A stretch of 64,000 nucleotides of DNA from an uncultured bacterium (GTDB lineage: Bacteria > Verrucomicrobiota > Kiritimatiellia > CAIKKV01 > CALHGX01), in NCBI GenBank assembly GCA_938031185.1, contig CALHGX010000023.1, forward strand, positions 1,715 to 65,714, written 5' to 3'. Each line of letters starts with the position of its first letter. Positions within the stretch are counted from its first letter, which is position 1. Positions 8,655 to 18,483 of this stretch are shown here, in pieces. A model generated the notes under the pieces. It made no database searches and was not told the DNA's origin. It was given only the letters and a program-made list of their open reading frames with translations. Both the position numbers and the translations under genes were made by a program.

Positions 8655-10369
8655 CCAGGGCCACGCATGGAGCGGCGCGCATCTTGTTTGTGGCCGGGCT
8701 GGTGTTGCTGGCCATCAGCGGGCTGACGTACCGCCTGACATCCTTGCATCTGGAGGGTTCGCTCGACCGCGCACGAGCGGAGCGGCGCCGGCTCTACCGC
8801 GGCGTCCTGCCGGCCAGCCGGGGGCGGGTGTTTGATTCGAGCGCCGAGACGAACACCCTGGCGATGAACATCCGTGTGGCAGACCTGTGCGCCGATCCCG
8901 CCGTGCTCGTTGCGTCCAATCTGGTTGAAGAAACGGCGGATCGTTTCGCGCGCGAGCTCCATCTGGATGCGGCGGCGTTGCGGCAGCGTCTGGGGCGCCC
9001 TGACCGCCGGTTCGAGTACGTGGCCCGCCGGCTGCCGAAGGAGACCGCGGAGTCGGTGCTGGCGCTGCGCCTGCCGGGGGTGTTCAAACAGGACGCCTGG
9101 GTTCGCAGCTACCCGATGGGCTCGATGATGGCCCACGTGCTGGGCTTCGTGAACGATGAAGAGATGGGGGCGGCCGGCATCGAGCAGCGATGCGACGCCT
9201 ACCTCCGGGGGCGCCCGGGATTGCTCGAAAGCCGGTTGGATGGCCAGCGCCGCGAGATGGTGGTGCGGCGCGTTCGCCAGATTCCGGCGGAGGAAGGCGC
9301 GGACGTCTACCTCACGCTGGACCAGCATGTGCAATACATCCTGGAAAAGGCGCTTGACCAGGCGCTGGAGCAGCATCGGGCGCGCGCCGCGTGGGGGATC
9401 GTGCAGCGCGTGGCCACGGGCGAAATATTGGCGATGGCCAGCCGGCCGGCGTACGATCCCAACGACTTCCGCCGCAGCGAGGATGCTCAGCGGCTGAACC
9501 GCGCGATCGGCCAAGTGTACGAGCCGGGTTCCACGTTCAAGGTGGCAGTCATCGCGGCGGCGCTGAACGAAGGCTTGGTGCGACCGGAAACGGAATTCGA
9601 CTGCGAAAACGGCCGCTGGCTTCACGAGAACCGGATTCTGCGCGACTATCATCCCTATGCCCGGCTGAATGTGGCGGACATCATCAAGAAGTCCAGCAAC
9701 ATCGGCGCGGCGAAGATCGCATTGATGCTCGGGGATCAGCGCTTGGACGCTTACTTGCGCGCCTTCGGCGTCGGCCGCCGCCTCGGCATTGATCTGCCGG
9801 GCGAAGAGGCCGGCATCCTGCATCCGGTGGCGCAGTGGTCGCGCATTACCTCCAGCCGCGTGGCGATCGGGCAAGGGGTTTGCGTCACGGCGCTACAGAT
9901 GCTCGGCGTGATGTGCGCCATCGCCAACGGGGGCACGCTCATGCGCCCGTATGTAGTGCGCCAGATCGTCGGACCCGACGGCGCGGTGCTGCATCGCCAG
10001 GAACCGCAGCCGCTGGGGCGGCCGATTCGGCCGGAGACGGCCGACCTGATGCGCGAACTGCTGGCTCGCGTGACGGAGGAAGGGGGCACGGGACGCCGCG
10101 CTGCGTTGCGGGGCTATCGCGTGGCCGGCAAGACCGGCACCGCCCAGAAGGTGCAGGCCGGAGGCTATTCGGAAAGCGACTACATCGCTTCCTTTGTGGG
10201 GTTCCTGCCCGTGGAGGCGCCGCAGATCGGCATGATCATCGTGGTAGACGAGCCGCAGCCGCTGCACACCGGCGGCGTCGTGGCTGCGCCGGTCTTTGGG
10301 ATGGTGGCGGAACAGTTGACGCGTTATCTGGACATTCCGCCGGCGGCCTATGCCGTGGCGGCACGATGA
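8651..10369 (+). CDS. ftsI: Class B penicillin-binding protein (FtsI/PBP3)
   Basis: EPGSTFK (SxxK), SSN and GKTGTAQK motifs; RSYP; dcw position. Confidence 0.93.
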   Translation: MTRATHGAARILFVAGLVLLAISGLTYRLTSLHLEGSLDRARAERRRLYRGVLPASRGRVFDSSAETNTLAMNIRVADLCADPAVLVASNLVEETADRFARELHLDAAALRQRLGRPDRRFEYVARRLPKETAESVLALRLPGVFKQDAWVRSYPMGSMMAHVLGFVNDEEMGAAGIEQRCDAYLRGRPGLLESRLDGQRREMVVRRVRQIPAEEGADVYLTLDQHVQYILEKALDQALEQHRARAAWGIVQRVATGEILAMASRPAYDPNDFRRSEDAQRLNRAIGQVYEPGSTFKVAVIAAALNEGLVRPETEFDCENGRWLHENRILRDYHPYARLNVADIIKKSSNIGAAKIALMLGDQRLDAYLRAFGVGRRLGIDLPGEEAGILHPVAQWSRITSSRVAIGQGVCVTALQMLGVMCAIANGGTLMRPYVVRQIVGPDGAVLHRQEPQPLGRPIRPETADLMRELLARVTEEGGTGRRAALRGYRVAGKTGTAQKVQAGGYSESDYIASFVGFLPVEAPQIGMIIVVDEPQPLHTGGVVAAPVFGMVAEQLTRYLDIPPAAYAVAAR

Positions 10370-10397
10370 ACGGGGAACGGCGGGGTTCTGCGGCACA

Positions 10398-11876
10398 ATG
10401 AAACTGTCCGACATTCTAAACGAGGTGGACACTCTGGAGACGCGAGGGCCGCTGGATCGGGAGGTTCAGGGGCTGGCCTACGACTCGAGGGCGGTGCGGC
10501 GGGGGTTTCTTTTCGTCGCCTTGCGCGGCGAACATGACGACGGTATCCGCTTTGCCGACGAAGCGCTGGCGGCCGGCGCCGTTGCGATAATCTCGGAACA
10601 TCGAGAGTTTCAGCGGCGGGAAGTGACGCACGCCGTCGTGGCGGATGCCCGCCGCGCCCTGTTTCAGGCGGCCGGCGCGTTTCATGGGCATCCATCCCGC
10701 CGCCTGAAGGTGGTCGGCATCACGGGCACGAACGGCAAGACAACGACGGCGTTCATGCTCCGCGACATCCTGGCGGCTGCTCACCACAGCCCGGGCCTGA
10801 TCGGAACCGTGCAATACGAGGTCGGCCAGCGCATCATTCCGGCCGGACGCACTACGCCGGAGGCGCCGGACATTGAGGCGCTGCTTCATCAGATGAAGCA
10901 GGCCGGTTGCCGTGCGGCCGTCATGGAGGTTTCGTCGCACTCGCTGGCGCAGCAGCGGGTGAGCGGCCTTTCGTTCGATGCGGCGGTGTTCACCAATCTC
11001 ACACGTGATCATCTGGACTATCACGGCACCATGGAGCGCTATTTCGAGGCCAAGTGCCTGTTGTTTGACCAACTGGCGGCCGGGGAGAAGAAAGCGACGG
11101 CCGTGCTGCCCGCAGACGATCCCTGGGGGCGTCAGTTGCTGGAGCGGTGCGTGGCGCGGGGCCTGGCGGTCGTGACCTACGGTTTTTCGGCTGAAGCGCA
11201 GGTGCGCGGGGAAGGATTGGCCGCGGATGGCACGGGCATACGGCTTCACGCGCAGACGCCCTGGGGCGTCACGGACCTGCGGCTGGCCTTGCCGGGGCGG
11301 TTCAACGCGGCCAATGCGCTGGCGGCTCTGGCGGCCGGCGGGGCGCTGGGCGTGGGGCCGGCCGTCGCCGCCGAGGCGTTGAGAGGATTACTACTCGTGC
11401 CCGGCCGGCTGGAGGCGGTTCCGACGGGGCGGGATTTTCAGGTGTATGTGGATTACGCGCACACAGATGACGCGCTAGCCAATGTGCTTGGCACACTAAG
11501 GGAGTTCACGGCGCGCCGTCTGATTGTGGTTTTCGGCTGCGGCGGCAACCGCGACCGCGCCAAACGCCCCTTGATGGGCGCGGTGGCGGCGCGTCTTGCC
11601 GACCATACGATTTTGACGTCGGACAATCCGCGCAAGGAGCCGCCAGGGCGGATCATCGAGGAAATCCGAGCTGGCATGCCGCCCGATGCGTCCTGCGACA
11701 TTTGCGAGGACCGGGCCGCCGCCATTCGCCTGGCTCTCGAGACGGCGCGGGCCGGCGATGTGGTCCTCATTGCCGGCAAAGGGCATGAGCGCACGCAGGA
11801 GTTCGCCAGCACCATTGTGCCGTTCGATGATCGCCAGGCGGTGCGGCAGGCCTTGCAAGGCATGGAGGCTAAATGA
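10398..11876 (+). CDS. murE: UDP-MurNAc-tripeptide synthetase (meso-DAP-adding)
   Basis: GITGTNGKTT, MEVSSH, DHLDYH, DYAHT, DNPR (DAP specificity), AGKGHE. Confidence 0.97.
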   Translation: MKLSDILNEVDTLETRGPLDREVQGLAYDSRAVRRGFLFVALRGEHDDGIRFADEALAAGAVAIISEHREFQRREVTHAVVADARRALFQAAGAFHGHPSRRLKVVGITGTNGKTTTAFMLRDILAAAHHSPGLIGTVQYEVGQRIIPAGRTTPEAPDIEALLHQMKQAGCRAAVMEVSSHSLAQQRVSGLSFDAAVFTNLTRDHLDYHGTMERYFEAKCLLFDQLAAGEKKATAVLPADDPWGRQLLERCVARGLAVVTYGFSAEAQVRGEGLAADGTGIRLHAQTPWGVTDLRLALPGRFNAANALAALAAGGALGVGPAVAAEALRGLLLVPGRLEAVPTGRDFQVYVDYAHTDDALANVLGTLREFTARRLIVVFGCGGNRDRAKRPLMGAVAARLADHTILTSDNPRKEPPGRIIEEIRAGMPPDASCDICEDRAAAIRLALETARAGDVVLIAGKGHERTQEFASTIVPFDDRQAVRQALQGMEAK

Positions 11877-13273
11877 GGGATGGCGGTTTTGATCCCGTCG
11901 AACTGGCCCGCTGGTGCGGCGGAGTCTGGCGGCCGGCCGCACCGGCGTTCGTGTCCGCCATCGGCCACGACACGCGCGCCCTAGCTCCGGGATCGCTTTA
12001 CGTGGCGCTGCGCGGCGGACGGCATGATGGGCACGCATTTGTGGCGGAAGCATTCCGTCTCGGCGCGGCGGGCGCCCTCGTGGAGGACGCGGCCGCCGCG
12101 AGCTTGGCGCAGCATGGACCGGTGCTGGCGGTGCCGGACACCTTGACGGCGCTGCGCGCGCTGGCCGCGGGGCATCGCCGGCGGCTGCGGGCCGTGATCA
12201 TCGGCGTTTCGGGTAGTGTGGGTAAGACCACCGTCAAGGAGCTGATTGCTCATCTGCTGGCCGCCGCCATGCCGGTGGCGTGCACGCAGGGAAACTGGAA
12301 CAACGAAATCGGCCTTCCGTTGAGCCTGCTTGCCATGCCGGTGACGGCGCGCGCCGGTGTGTTCGAGATGGGCATCAGCCACCCGGGAGAAATGCGGCCG
12401 CTGTGCGAGACGCTGCAGCCCGATTGGGGCGTGCTCACGCACGTCGGCCCGGCGCATCTGGAATTTTTTCCCTCCATGGAGGCTATCGCGCGGGAGAAGG
12501 CGGTGCTGTTGAGCGGCCTGCCGGCGGCGGGGGCGGCCTTCCTGTGTCGGGATCAGGAGTGGTTCGAACTGCTACGGTCGCTGGCGTCGGCGCCAGTGGT
12601 GACGGTGTCCGCCGAAGATGCCGCCGATTTCCGCTGTGTCTTGTGGCGGGCGGCGGAAGGACGGATGCGGGTGCGCGAAGCCGCCGGTGGGGCGGAGACG
12701 GAGCTTCCGGTCCCGTTGCCGGGTCGCCATCAGATTTCCAACACCCTGCTGGCGGTGGCCGTGGCCAGGCGGATGGGGGTGGACTGGTCCGCCATCAAGG
12801 AGGCGCTGGCCCACTACACGGGCCCGGCGATGCGTTGGGAAGTGACGCGCGTCGGCGGCGTGACCTTGATCAACGACGCCTACAACGCCAATCCGTTGAG
12901 CATGCGGGCCGCGCTCGAAACGTTCGCCTCGGTGCGCGATGCGGCGCGAAAATGGCTCGTCCTGGGCGACATGCTGGAGCTGGGCTCCGCCGAGCGCAAG
13001 GAGCACGAACGCGTGGGGCGTTCTGTCGGCGCGGGAGATTGGGCCGGCCTCATTGCGGTGGGATCGCGGAGCCGTTGGCTGGCGGACGAAGCGGAACGGA
13101 CCGCCGAAGGCCGTTTCAAAGTGATCCGGCGCGCGAACGGCCGCGAGGCCGCCGAACAATTGGCCGCCATCATCGCGCCGGGCGATGCCGTGCTGTTCAA
13201 GGCGTCTCGTGGCGCGCGGTTGGAAGAGGCGGTGGCCCGGCTTCGGGAGTTGCTGGCGACGAAGAAGGAGTGA
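11873..13273 (+). CDS. murF: UDP-MurNAc-pentapeptide synthetase
   Basis: SGSVGKTTVKE, NNEIGLP, DAYNANP, LGDMLELG, KASRG. Confidence 0.96.
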   Translation: MRDGGFDPVELARWCGGVWRPAAPAFVSAIGHDTRALAPGSLYVALRGGRHDGHAFVAEAFRLGAAGALVEDAAAASLAQHGPVLAVPDTLTALRALAAGHRRRLRAVIIGVSGSVGKTTVKELIAHLLAAAMPVACTQGNWNNEIGLPLSLLAMPVTARAGVFEMGISHPGEMRPLCETLQPDWGVLTHVGPAHLEFFPSMEAIAREKAVLLSGLPAAGAAFLCRDQEWFELLRSLASAPVVTVSAEDAADFRCVLWRAAEGRMRVREAAGGAETELPVPLPGRHQISNTLLAVAVARRMGVDWSAIKEALAHYTGPAMRWEVTRVGGVTLINDAYNANPLSMRAALETFASVRDAARKWLVLGDMLELGSAERKEHERVGRSVGAGDWAGLIAVGSRSRWLADEAERTAEGRFKVIRRANGREAAEQLAAIIAPGDAVLFKASRGARLEEAVARLRELLATKKE

Positions 13274-13280
13274 GGAACGC

Positions 13281-14384
13281 ATGCTCTACTATCTGCATTT
13301 GCTGAACGAATGGCTGTCCTGGCTGCGCGTCTTTCGCTACATCACGGTGCGAGCGCTGGCCGGAGCGGTGACGGCTTTTGTCTTGAGCATGTGGCTTGGC
13401 CCGCGCGTCATTCGCACGCTGCACCGCCTCCGCATCGGGCAGCCCGAGCGCACGGATGCGGAGGCGCCCGGCCTGGGAACGATGCATGGCCACAAGGCCG
13501 GCACACCGACGATGGGCGGGCTGCTGATCATCGGCGCGGTGGTCGTCAGTGCGCTGTTGTGGACGCCGCCCACAAACGCCCACGTGGGATTGACGCTCCT
13601 GACCATGTTGTTCATGGGCGCGGTGGGCTTGATGGACGATTGGCGCAAGGTGCGGCAACGCCACAGCCGCGGGCTCAGCGCGCGGGCCAAGTTGTTGCTG
13701 CAAACCGGCTGGGCGCTGGCCGTGGCCGCCGTGCTGCTCGGGCATGCGGACACCGGCGTCCTCACCCGGCAGTTGATGGTGCCGTTCTTGAAGGCGCCGC
13801 TGATCCCGGACATGGGCGTGTGGCTAGCGGCGGCGTTCGTCGCGCTGATTCTGGTCGGTTCCTCCAACGCCGTGAACCTGACCGACGGACTGGACGGCTT
13901 GGCGATCGGCTGCACGGGCTCCGTCGCGCTGGCCTATCTGGCGATGGCCTACGTGGCGGGGCATGCTAAATTTGCGGAGTATCTGATGGTGCCGCACGTG
14001 GCGGGGGGCGGCGAGCTGGCGGTCTTTTGCGGTTGCCTGCTGGGCGCGAGTCTCGGTTTCCTGTGGTACAACTGCCATCCGGCGCAGGTCTTCATGGGGG
14101 ACACGGGCAGTCTGGCCATCGGAGGAAGCATTGCCATGGTAGCCGTTTTGATCAAACAAGAACTGGTGCTGATCATCGTCGGCGGCGTGTTCGTCATGGA
14201 GGCGGTCAGCGTGATTCTGCAGGTGGTGAATTTCAAGCTGCGCGGGCGCCGGATTTTCGCGATGGCGCCGATCCACCATCATTTCCGGCTGCGGCGATGG
14301 AGCGAAACGCAGGTGACGGTGCGCTTCTGGATTCTTTCCATTCTGTTCGCCTTGCTTGGTCTGGCGACGCTGAAGATACGGTGA
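13281..14384 (+). CDS. mraY: Phospho-N-acetylmuramoyl-pentapeptide transferase
   Basis: KAGTPTMGG, SNAVNLTDGLDGL, FMGDTGS, APIHHH. Confidence 0.97.
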   Translation: MLYYLHLLNEWLSWLRVFRYITVRALAGAVTAFVLSMWLGPRVIRTLHRLRIGQPERTDAEAPGLGTMHGHKAGTPTMGGLLIIGAVVVSALLWTPPTNAHVGLTLLTMLFMGAVGLMDDWRKVRQRHSRGLSARAKLLLQTGWALAVAAVLLGHADTGVLTRQLMVPFLKAPLIPDMGVWLAAAFVALILVGSSNAVNLTDGLDGLAIGCTGSVALAYLAMAYVAGHAKFAEYLMVPHVAGGGELAVFCGCLLGASLGFLWYNCHPAQVFMGDTGSLAIGGSIAMVAVLIKQELVLIIVGGVFVMEAVSVILQVVNFKLRGRRIFAMAPIHHHFRLRRWSETQVTVRFWILSILFALLGLATLKIR

Positions 14385-14387
14385 CGA

Positions 14388-15731
14388 ATGCGCGGAACGG
14401 ATCAGCGATGGAGATCGGCTTTGGTGCTGGGCTGCGGGGCCAGCGGTGAAGCGGCGGCGCGTTTGCTGCTGAGGGAAGGCGTGGCCGTGACGGTGACGGA
14501 TGCCGCCCGGGGGGACGAGGTGGAGCGCCGGGCCACGGCGATGCGCGCGATCGGCGCGGAGGTGTTGACGGGGGCTACGGAGGTTCCGGCGGGGCGGTTC
14601 GATGCGGCGGTGCTCAGTCCCGGCATTGCGAGCGCATCGCCGTGGGTGCGTTCGTTGCGGTCCCGGGGTGTGCCGGTGGTCGCGGAACTGGAGCTGGGGT
14701 GGAGCCGCCTGCGGTCGCGCGTGCTGGCGATCACCGGCACCAACGGCAAGAGCACGATGACCGCCTTGTGCCGGGATGCGCTGTGCGCGGCGGGGTTTTC
14801 GGCCGAAGCTGCCGGCAACTTCGGGTGGCCGGTTTGCGCGCTGGCGACCGCCGACGCGCATCCGGACTGGACGGTGCTCGAGGTCAGTTCGTTCCAACTG
14901 GAGGCGGTGGAGCGCTTCCGCCCGGACGTGGGGGTGCTTCTCAATGTGCAGCCGAACCATCTTGATCGGCACGGCGACATGGCCACATACATGGACATGA
15001 AGGCGCGAATCTTCACTCGCATGACGGCGGACGATACGGCCGTTCATGGCGATGATTTGCCGCCGGACATGCTGCGCCGTTTGAGCGGACCATGGCGGCG
15101 CCGGACGTTCGGGCGACGCGCGTCTTCCGACGCGGCCCTCGAAGACGGACGGGTTCGGATTGGCGACCAGTCGCTTGATTTGACCGGTACGGCGTTTGAT
15201 AACGAGGTGTTGGGCCTGACGGCGGCCGCGGCCGCCGCCGCCCTGCAAAGTTGCGGCGTCGGCATGGATGCGCTCCGCCGGGCCATGATCGCCTTTCAAC
15301 GGCTGCCGCACCGGATGCAACCGGCGGGCGAACGCCGCGGCGTGCGCTTCGTGAACGACTCCAAGGCCACCAATCTGGCGGCCCTGGCGGCCGGGGTGCG
15401 GATGGCCGGCGGTCCGGTGCGTCTGATCGCTGGCGGATTGCTCAAGGAGTGGGATTTGGAGGCTGTCAAAAAACTCCTAGTCAACCGTGTGGTGGGCGTC
15501 TATATTATCGGAGCCGATGCCGCCAAATTGGAAGAAGCATGGGGCGATGTATTGTCTTGCTCCGTGTGCGGCAATCTGGAAACGGCCGTGCGAGCGGCTT
15601 GGAAGGAGGCCAGATCGGGGGACGTGATACTGCTTTCGCCTGGCTGCGCGAGTTTCGATCAGTTCAAGAATTTTGAGGAGCGAGGGGATCTGTTCGTTCG
15701 TGTGGTGGAATCGTTGGAGGAGCCGTTGTGA
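14388..15731 (+). CDS. murD: UDP-MurNAc-L-Ala--D-glutamate ligase
   Basis: ITGTNGKST, EVSSFQL, NHLDRH, NDSKATN, LSPGCASFDQF. Confidence 0.96.
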   Translation: MRGTDQRWRSALVLGCGASGEAAARLLLREGVAVTVTDAARGDEVERRATAMRAIGAEVLTGATEVPAGRFDAAVLSPGIASASPWVRSLRSRGVPVVAELELGWSRLRSRVLAITGTNGKSTMTALCRDALCAAGFSAEAAGNFGWPVCALATADAHPDWTVLEVSSFQLEAVERFRPDVGVLLNVQPNHLDRHGDMATYMDMKARIFTRMTADDTAVHGDDLPPDMLRRLSGPWRRRTFGRRASSDAALEDGRVRIGDQSLDLTGTAFDNEVLGLTAAAAAAALQSCGVGMDALRRAMIAFQRLPHRMQPAGERRGVRFVNDSKATNLAALAAGVRMAGGPVRLIAGGLLKEWDLEAVKKLLVNRVVGVYIIGADAAKLEEAWGDVLSCSVCGNLETAVRAAWKEARSGDVILLSPGCASFDQFKNFEERGDLFVRVVESLEEPL

Positions 15732-16588
15732 AAAAAACGCAGGTTGTTGGAATGATTGCCGTGTTGCATGTGGTTGTGATCGGTCTCATGGTCATGCAGG
15801 GGTGCCGGACGACACCGCCGCCGACCCCTCCGCCGGAAGCGGCGCCCATGCCGCCCGCCGAGCTGCCGGAGACCCAGGTGCGCGCCGTCCCCGTGCGGCC
15901 CCCGGCCCCGATCGAATGGCCGCAGGCCGTCGCGGAACCTAAGATCTACGTGGTCAAGACGGGCGACAGCTTGGGATTGATCGCGAAGCGGTTCAACGTG
16001 ACGGTGCGCGACATCGTCGAGATGAACAAGCTGACCAATCCGAACAAGATTCACGTGGGTCAGAAGCTTCAATTGCCGGGCTACGTTGACTTGAATGCGC
16101 CGGAACCGGCGCGGCCCGCGCGCAAGAAGCCAGCGCCCGCGGCGGCGAAGCCGAAGGAGCCCGTGGTGGCGGGGGGCGGGGAGTACATCGTCAAGTCCGG
16201 CGACAGTCTCTCCAAGATTGCGCATCAGCAGGGCACAACCGTGAGGGCGCTCAAGGAACTGAACAAGCTCACGAGCGACCGAATTCGCGTCGGCCAGAAG
16301 CTGGCGCTGCCGCGCGCGGCAGGTGCGTCGGCGGTGGCGGCGCCCCGGCCGGCGGTGCCTGCGCCCGCGGGGGTGGCGGCGGCCGCTCCGGTGCCCGCGG
16401 ACGCGGTGCCGATCGAAACGCCTGAAAGTGCGGAGGTCCTGCACATTGTGGAGCCGAACCAAGACTTGAATGGGATTGCGATGATGTACGGCGTGCGCGT
16501 CGAGGAGATCATGAAGCTCAACGGGCTGACCAGCGCGGAAGTGACGCCGGGGCAGACCCTCAAGATTCCGCCGGTGTCCGAGATGTAA
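15728..16588 (+). CDS. Lipoprotein with three LysM domains
   Basis: MQGC lipobox; YVVKTGDSL, YIVKSGDSL and HIVEPNQDL LysM repeats. Confidence 0.9.
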   Translation: MKKTQVVGMIAVLHVVVIGLMVMQGCRTTPPPTPPPEAAPMPPAELPETQVRAVPVRPPAPIEWPQAVAEPKIYVVKTGDSLGLIAKRFNVTVRDIVEMNKLTNPNKIHVGQKLQLPGYVDLNAPEPARPARKKPAPAAAKPKEPVVAGGGEYIVKSGDSLSKIAHQQGTTVRALKELNKLTSDRIRVGQKLALPRAAGASAVAAPRPAVPAPAGVAAAAPVPADAVPIETPESAEVLHIVEPNQDLNGIAMMYGVRVEEIMKLNGLTSAEVTPGQTLKIPPVSEM

Positions 16589-17727
16589 TGCGCAAGACCC
16601 CGAGCATTCTGGTCGGGATCGTGCTGGTGTTGCTGGCGCTGGGCATTGTGATATTGGCCAGCGCCAGTAGTGTGAAGGGGGACAGCGCGAGGTATCGCGA
16701 CGCGCAGTACTTCCTCAAGCGCCAACTGCTTTGGCTGGCGGTGGCGCTGGCAGCTGGGTTCGCGGCGTTTCGCATAGACTACCGGTATTGGCAGCGCTAT
16801 TGGGTGCCGATTGGTCTGCTCGCTCTTCTCCTGTTGGCGGCCGTCCTGGTGCCGGGCATCGGCGTCAAGAAAGGCGGCAGCTATCGGTGGCTCTACGTGG
16901 GGCCGATCGGATTTCAGCCGTCTGAATTCGGCAAGTTTGCCACTGTGATTTGTCTCTCCGCCTGGGCCGCCCGGGTGGGGCGGCGCATGACATCGTTCGG
17001 CGACGGGCTGGTGAAGCCGCTGCTGGCGCTGGGCGTGTGCCTCGCCCTCGTACTGAAAGAGCCCGACTACGGCACGACGTTTCTCATCGCGGCGGTAGGC
17101 GTGGCGATGCTCTATGCCGGGGGGAGCCGGTGGGGGTATCTGCTGGTGGCCGGCATACTGGGCACGGCGGTTTTCACGCTGGCGGTGCTGCGCGATCCGG
17201 TTCGGACGGGCCGTATTCTGGCCTTTTTGATGCCGGACAAGTATCCGGACGTGTACTATCAGATCGGACAGTCGAAAGATGCTTTTGTGCTTGGCGGGCT
17301 GCGCGGTGTCGGTCTTGGGGAAAGCATTCAGAAGCATTACTATCTGCCGGAGGCGCATACGGATTTCATTTTGGCGATCATTGGGGAGGAACTTGGGTTG
17401 CCCGCGACAGGGCTGGTGGCGCTATTGTTTGCCGGCCTCCTTGTCTGCGGGCTGATGATCAGCCTGGCCGCTCCGGATTTGTTCGGACGGCTGGTCGCGT
17501 TTGGCATCACGTTGACGATTGTCCTGCAGGCGGCCATCAACATCGGCGTGGTGACGGGATCCCTCCCCACCAAGGGGCTGCCGCTGCCCTTCATCAGCTA
17601 TGGAGGAACCAGCCTTGTCATGTCGCTTGTTCAGATCGGCGTGCTGTTGAACGTGGCCCGGCGCGCGGCGTGGTCTTCCGATGATCGGGAACGGCAGGCG
17701 GTGCGGGATCGGACGCAGTGGCTGTGA
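16588..17727 (+). CDS. ftsW: SEDS peptidoglycan glycosyltransferase FtsW
   Basis: FQPSEFGK, EPDYGT, LPEAHTDFI, PTKGLPLPFISYGG. Confidence 0.95.
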   Translation: MRKTPSILVGIVLVLLALGIVILASASSVKGDSARYRDAQYFLKRQLLWLAVALAAGFAAFRIDYRYWQRYWVPIGLLALLLLAAVLVPGIGVKKGGSYRWLYVGPIGFQPSEFGKFATVICLSAWAARVGRRMTSFGDGLVKPLLALGVCLALVLKEPDYGTTFLIAAVGVAMLYAGGSRWGYLLVAGILGTAVFTLAVLRDPVRTGRILAFLMPDKYPDVYYQIGQSKDAFVLGGLRGVGLGESIQKHYYLPEAHTDFILAIIGEELGLPATGLVALLFAGLLVCGLMISLAAPDLFGRLVAFGITLTIVLQAAINIGVVTGSLPTKGLPLPFISYGGTSLVMSLVQIGVLLNVARRAAWSSDDRERQAVRDRTQWL

Positions 17728-17777
17728 GGTGCGGTTGGGCTGCGATGCAAGGCGCCATGCCTGAAGCGGCTTTACCG

Positions 17778-17805
17778 TTGTCTCGATTGTCGAGTGCGGT
17801 ATACT
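17778..17805 (+). promoter_or_regulatory. Candidate sigma70 promoter for the LpoB-like gene
   Basis: TTGTCT-16 nt-TATACT, followed by a GGAGG SD. Confidence 0.5.
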
Positions 17806-17831
17806 GGAGGCTTGAAGGGAGGATCAATTCC

Positions 17832-18461
17832 ATGAAGAACAAAAGTGCATGGCGGCGGGCGAGTAGCGCGACGGCGGCGGTTGTATGCGGGCTGGCCTTG
17901 TGCGGGTGTTCGGCGTTCCGGGCCAAGGTGACGCCGATGGACGTGGACAAAGGCCGACCGCTGACGGCGGATTACGACTATGCGGATTTGCGCTGGCTGG
18001 GCCGCACGGTGGGCCAGGAGATGATAAAGAGCGATTTTCTGCGCAAGGCGGAAACGCCGCCGATCATGGTCGTGATGGGGATTCAGAATCGAACCGAGCA
18101 ACATATTGACACAAAGGCCATCACAGACACGATTCGCACGGAAGTGATTCAATCCGGCCGCGCGCAGTTCGTCAACGAAGCGCGCCGCGACGCGCTGCTC
18201 AAGGAGCAGGGGTATCAACTGGCCCATTGTCCGCCGGAAGCGCGCGTCACGGCGGGCCGTCAACTCGGTGCGCGCTACATGCTGACTGGCTCGCTGGTGG
18301 AAATCAGCAAGGAGTCGCCCCGCGAGGTGCGGCTTTCGAAGCGGCAGGACGTGTATTACCAACTGACGGCGGAGGTCACCGATTTGGAGAGCGGACTGAT
18401 CGCGTGGACCACCCAGCTTGAACGCCTGCGCAGCGCCCGCAGACCGCTTATCGGCTGGTAG
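17832..18461 (+). CDS. LpoB-like (penicillin-binding protein activator / CsgG-fold) lipoprotein
   Basis: LCGC lipobox; NRTEQHID, GRQLGARYMLTG and DLESGLIAW resemble the LpoB/CsgG family. Confidence 0.75.
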   Translation: MKNKSAWRRASSATAAVVCGLALCGCSAFRAKVTPMDVDKGRPLTADYDYADLRWLGRTVGQEMIKSDFLRKAETPPIMVVMGIQNRTEQHIDTKAITDTIRTEVIQSGRAQFVNEARRDALLKEQGYQLAHCPPEARVTAGRQLGARYMLTGSLVEISKESPREVRLSKRQDVYYQLTAEVTDLESGLIAWTTQLERLRSARRPLIGW

Positions 18462-18483
18462 CCATCTTCCGAGGGGCGCCGGC

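Noticed and set aside
7859-9874. Long antisense ORFs here and at 42047-43963, 54968-56770 and 59407-60987
   Set aside because: They are shadows of well-supported genes in GC-rich sequence and show no motifs.
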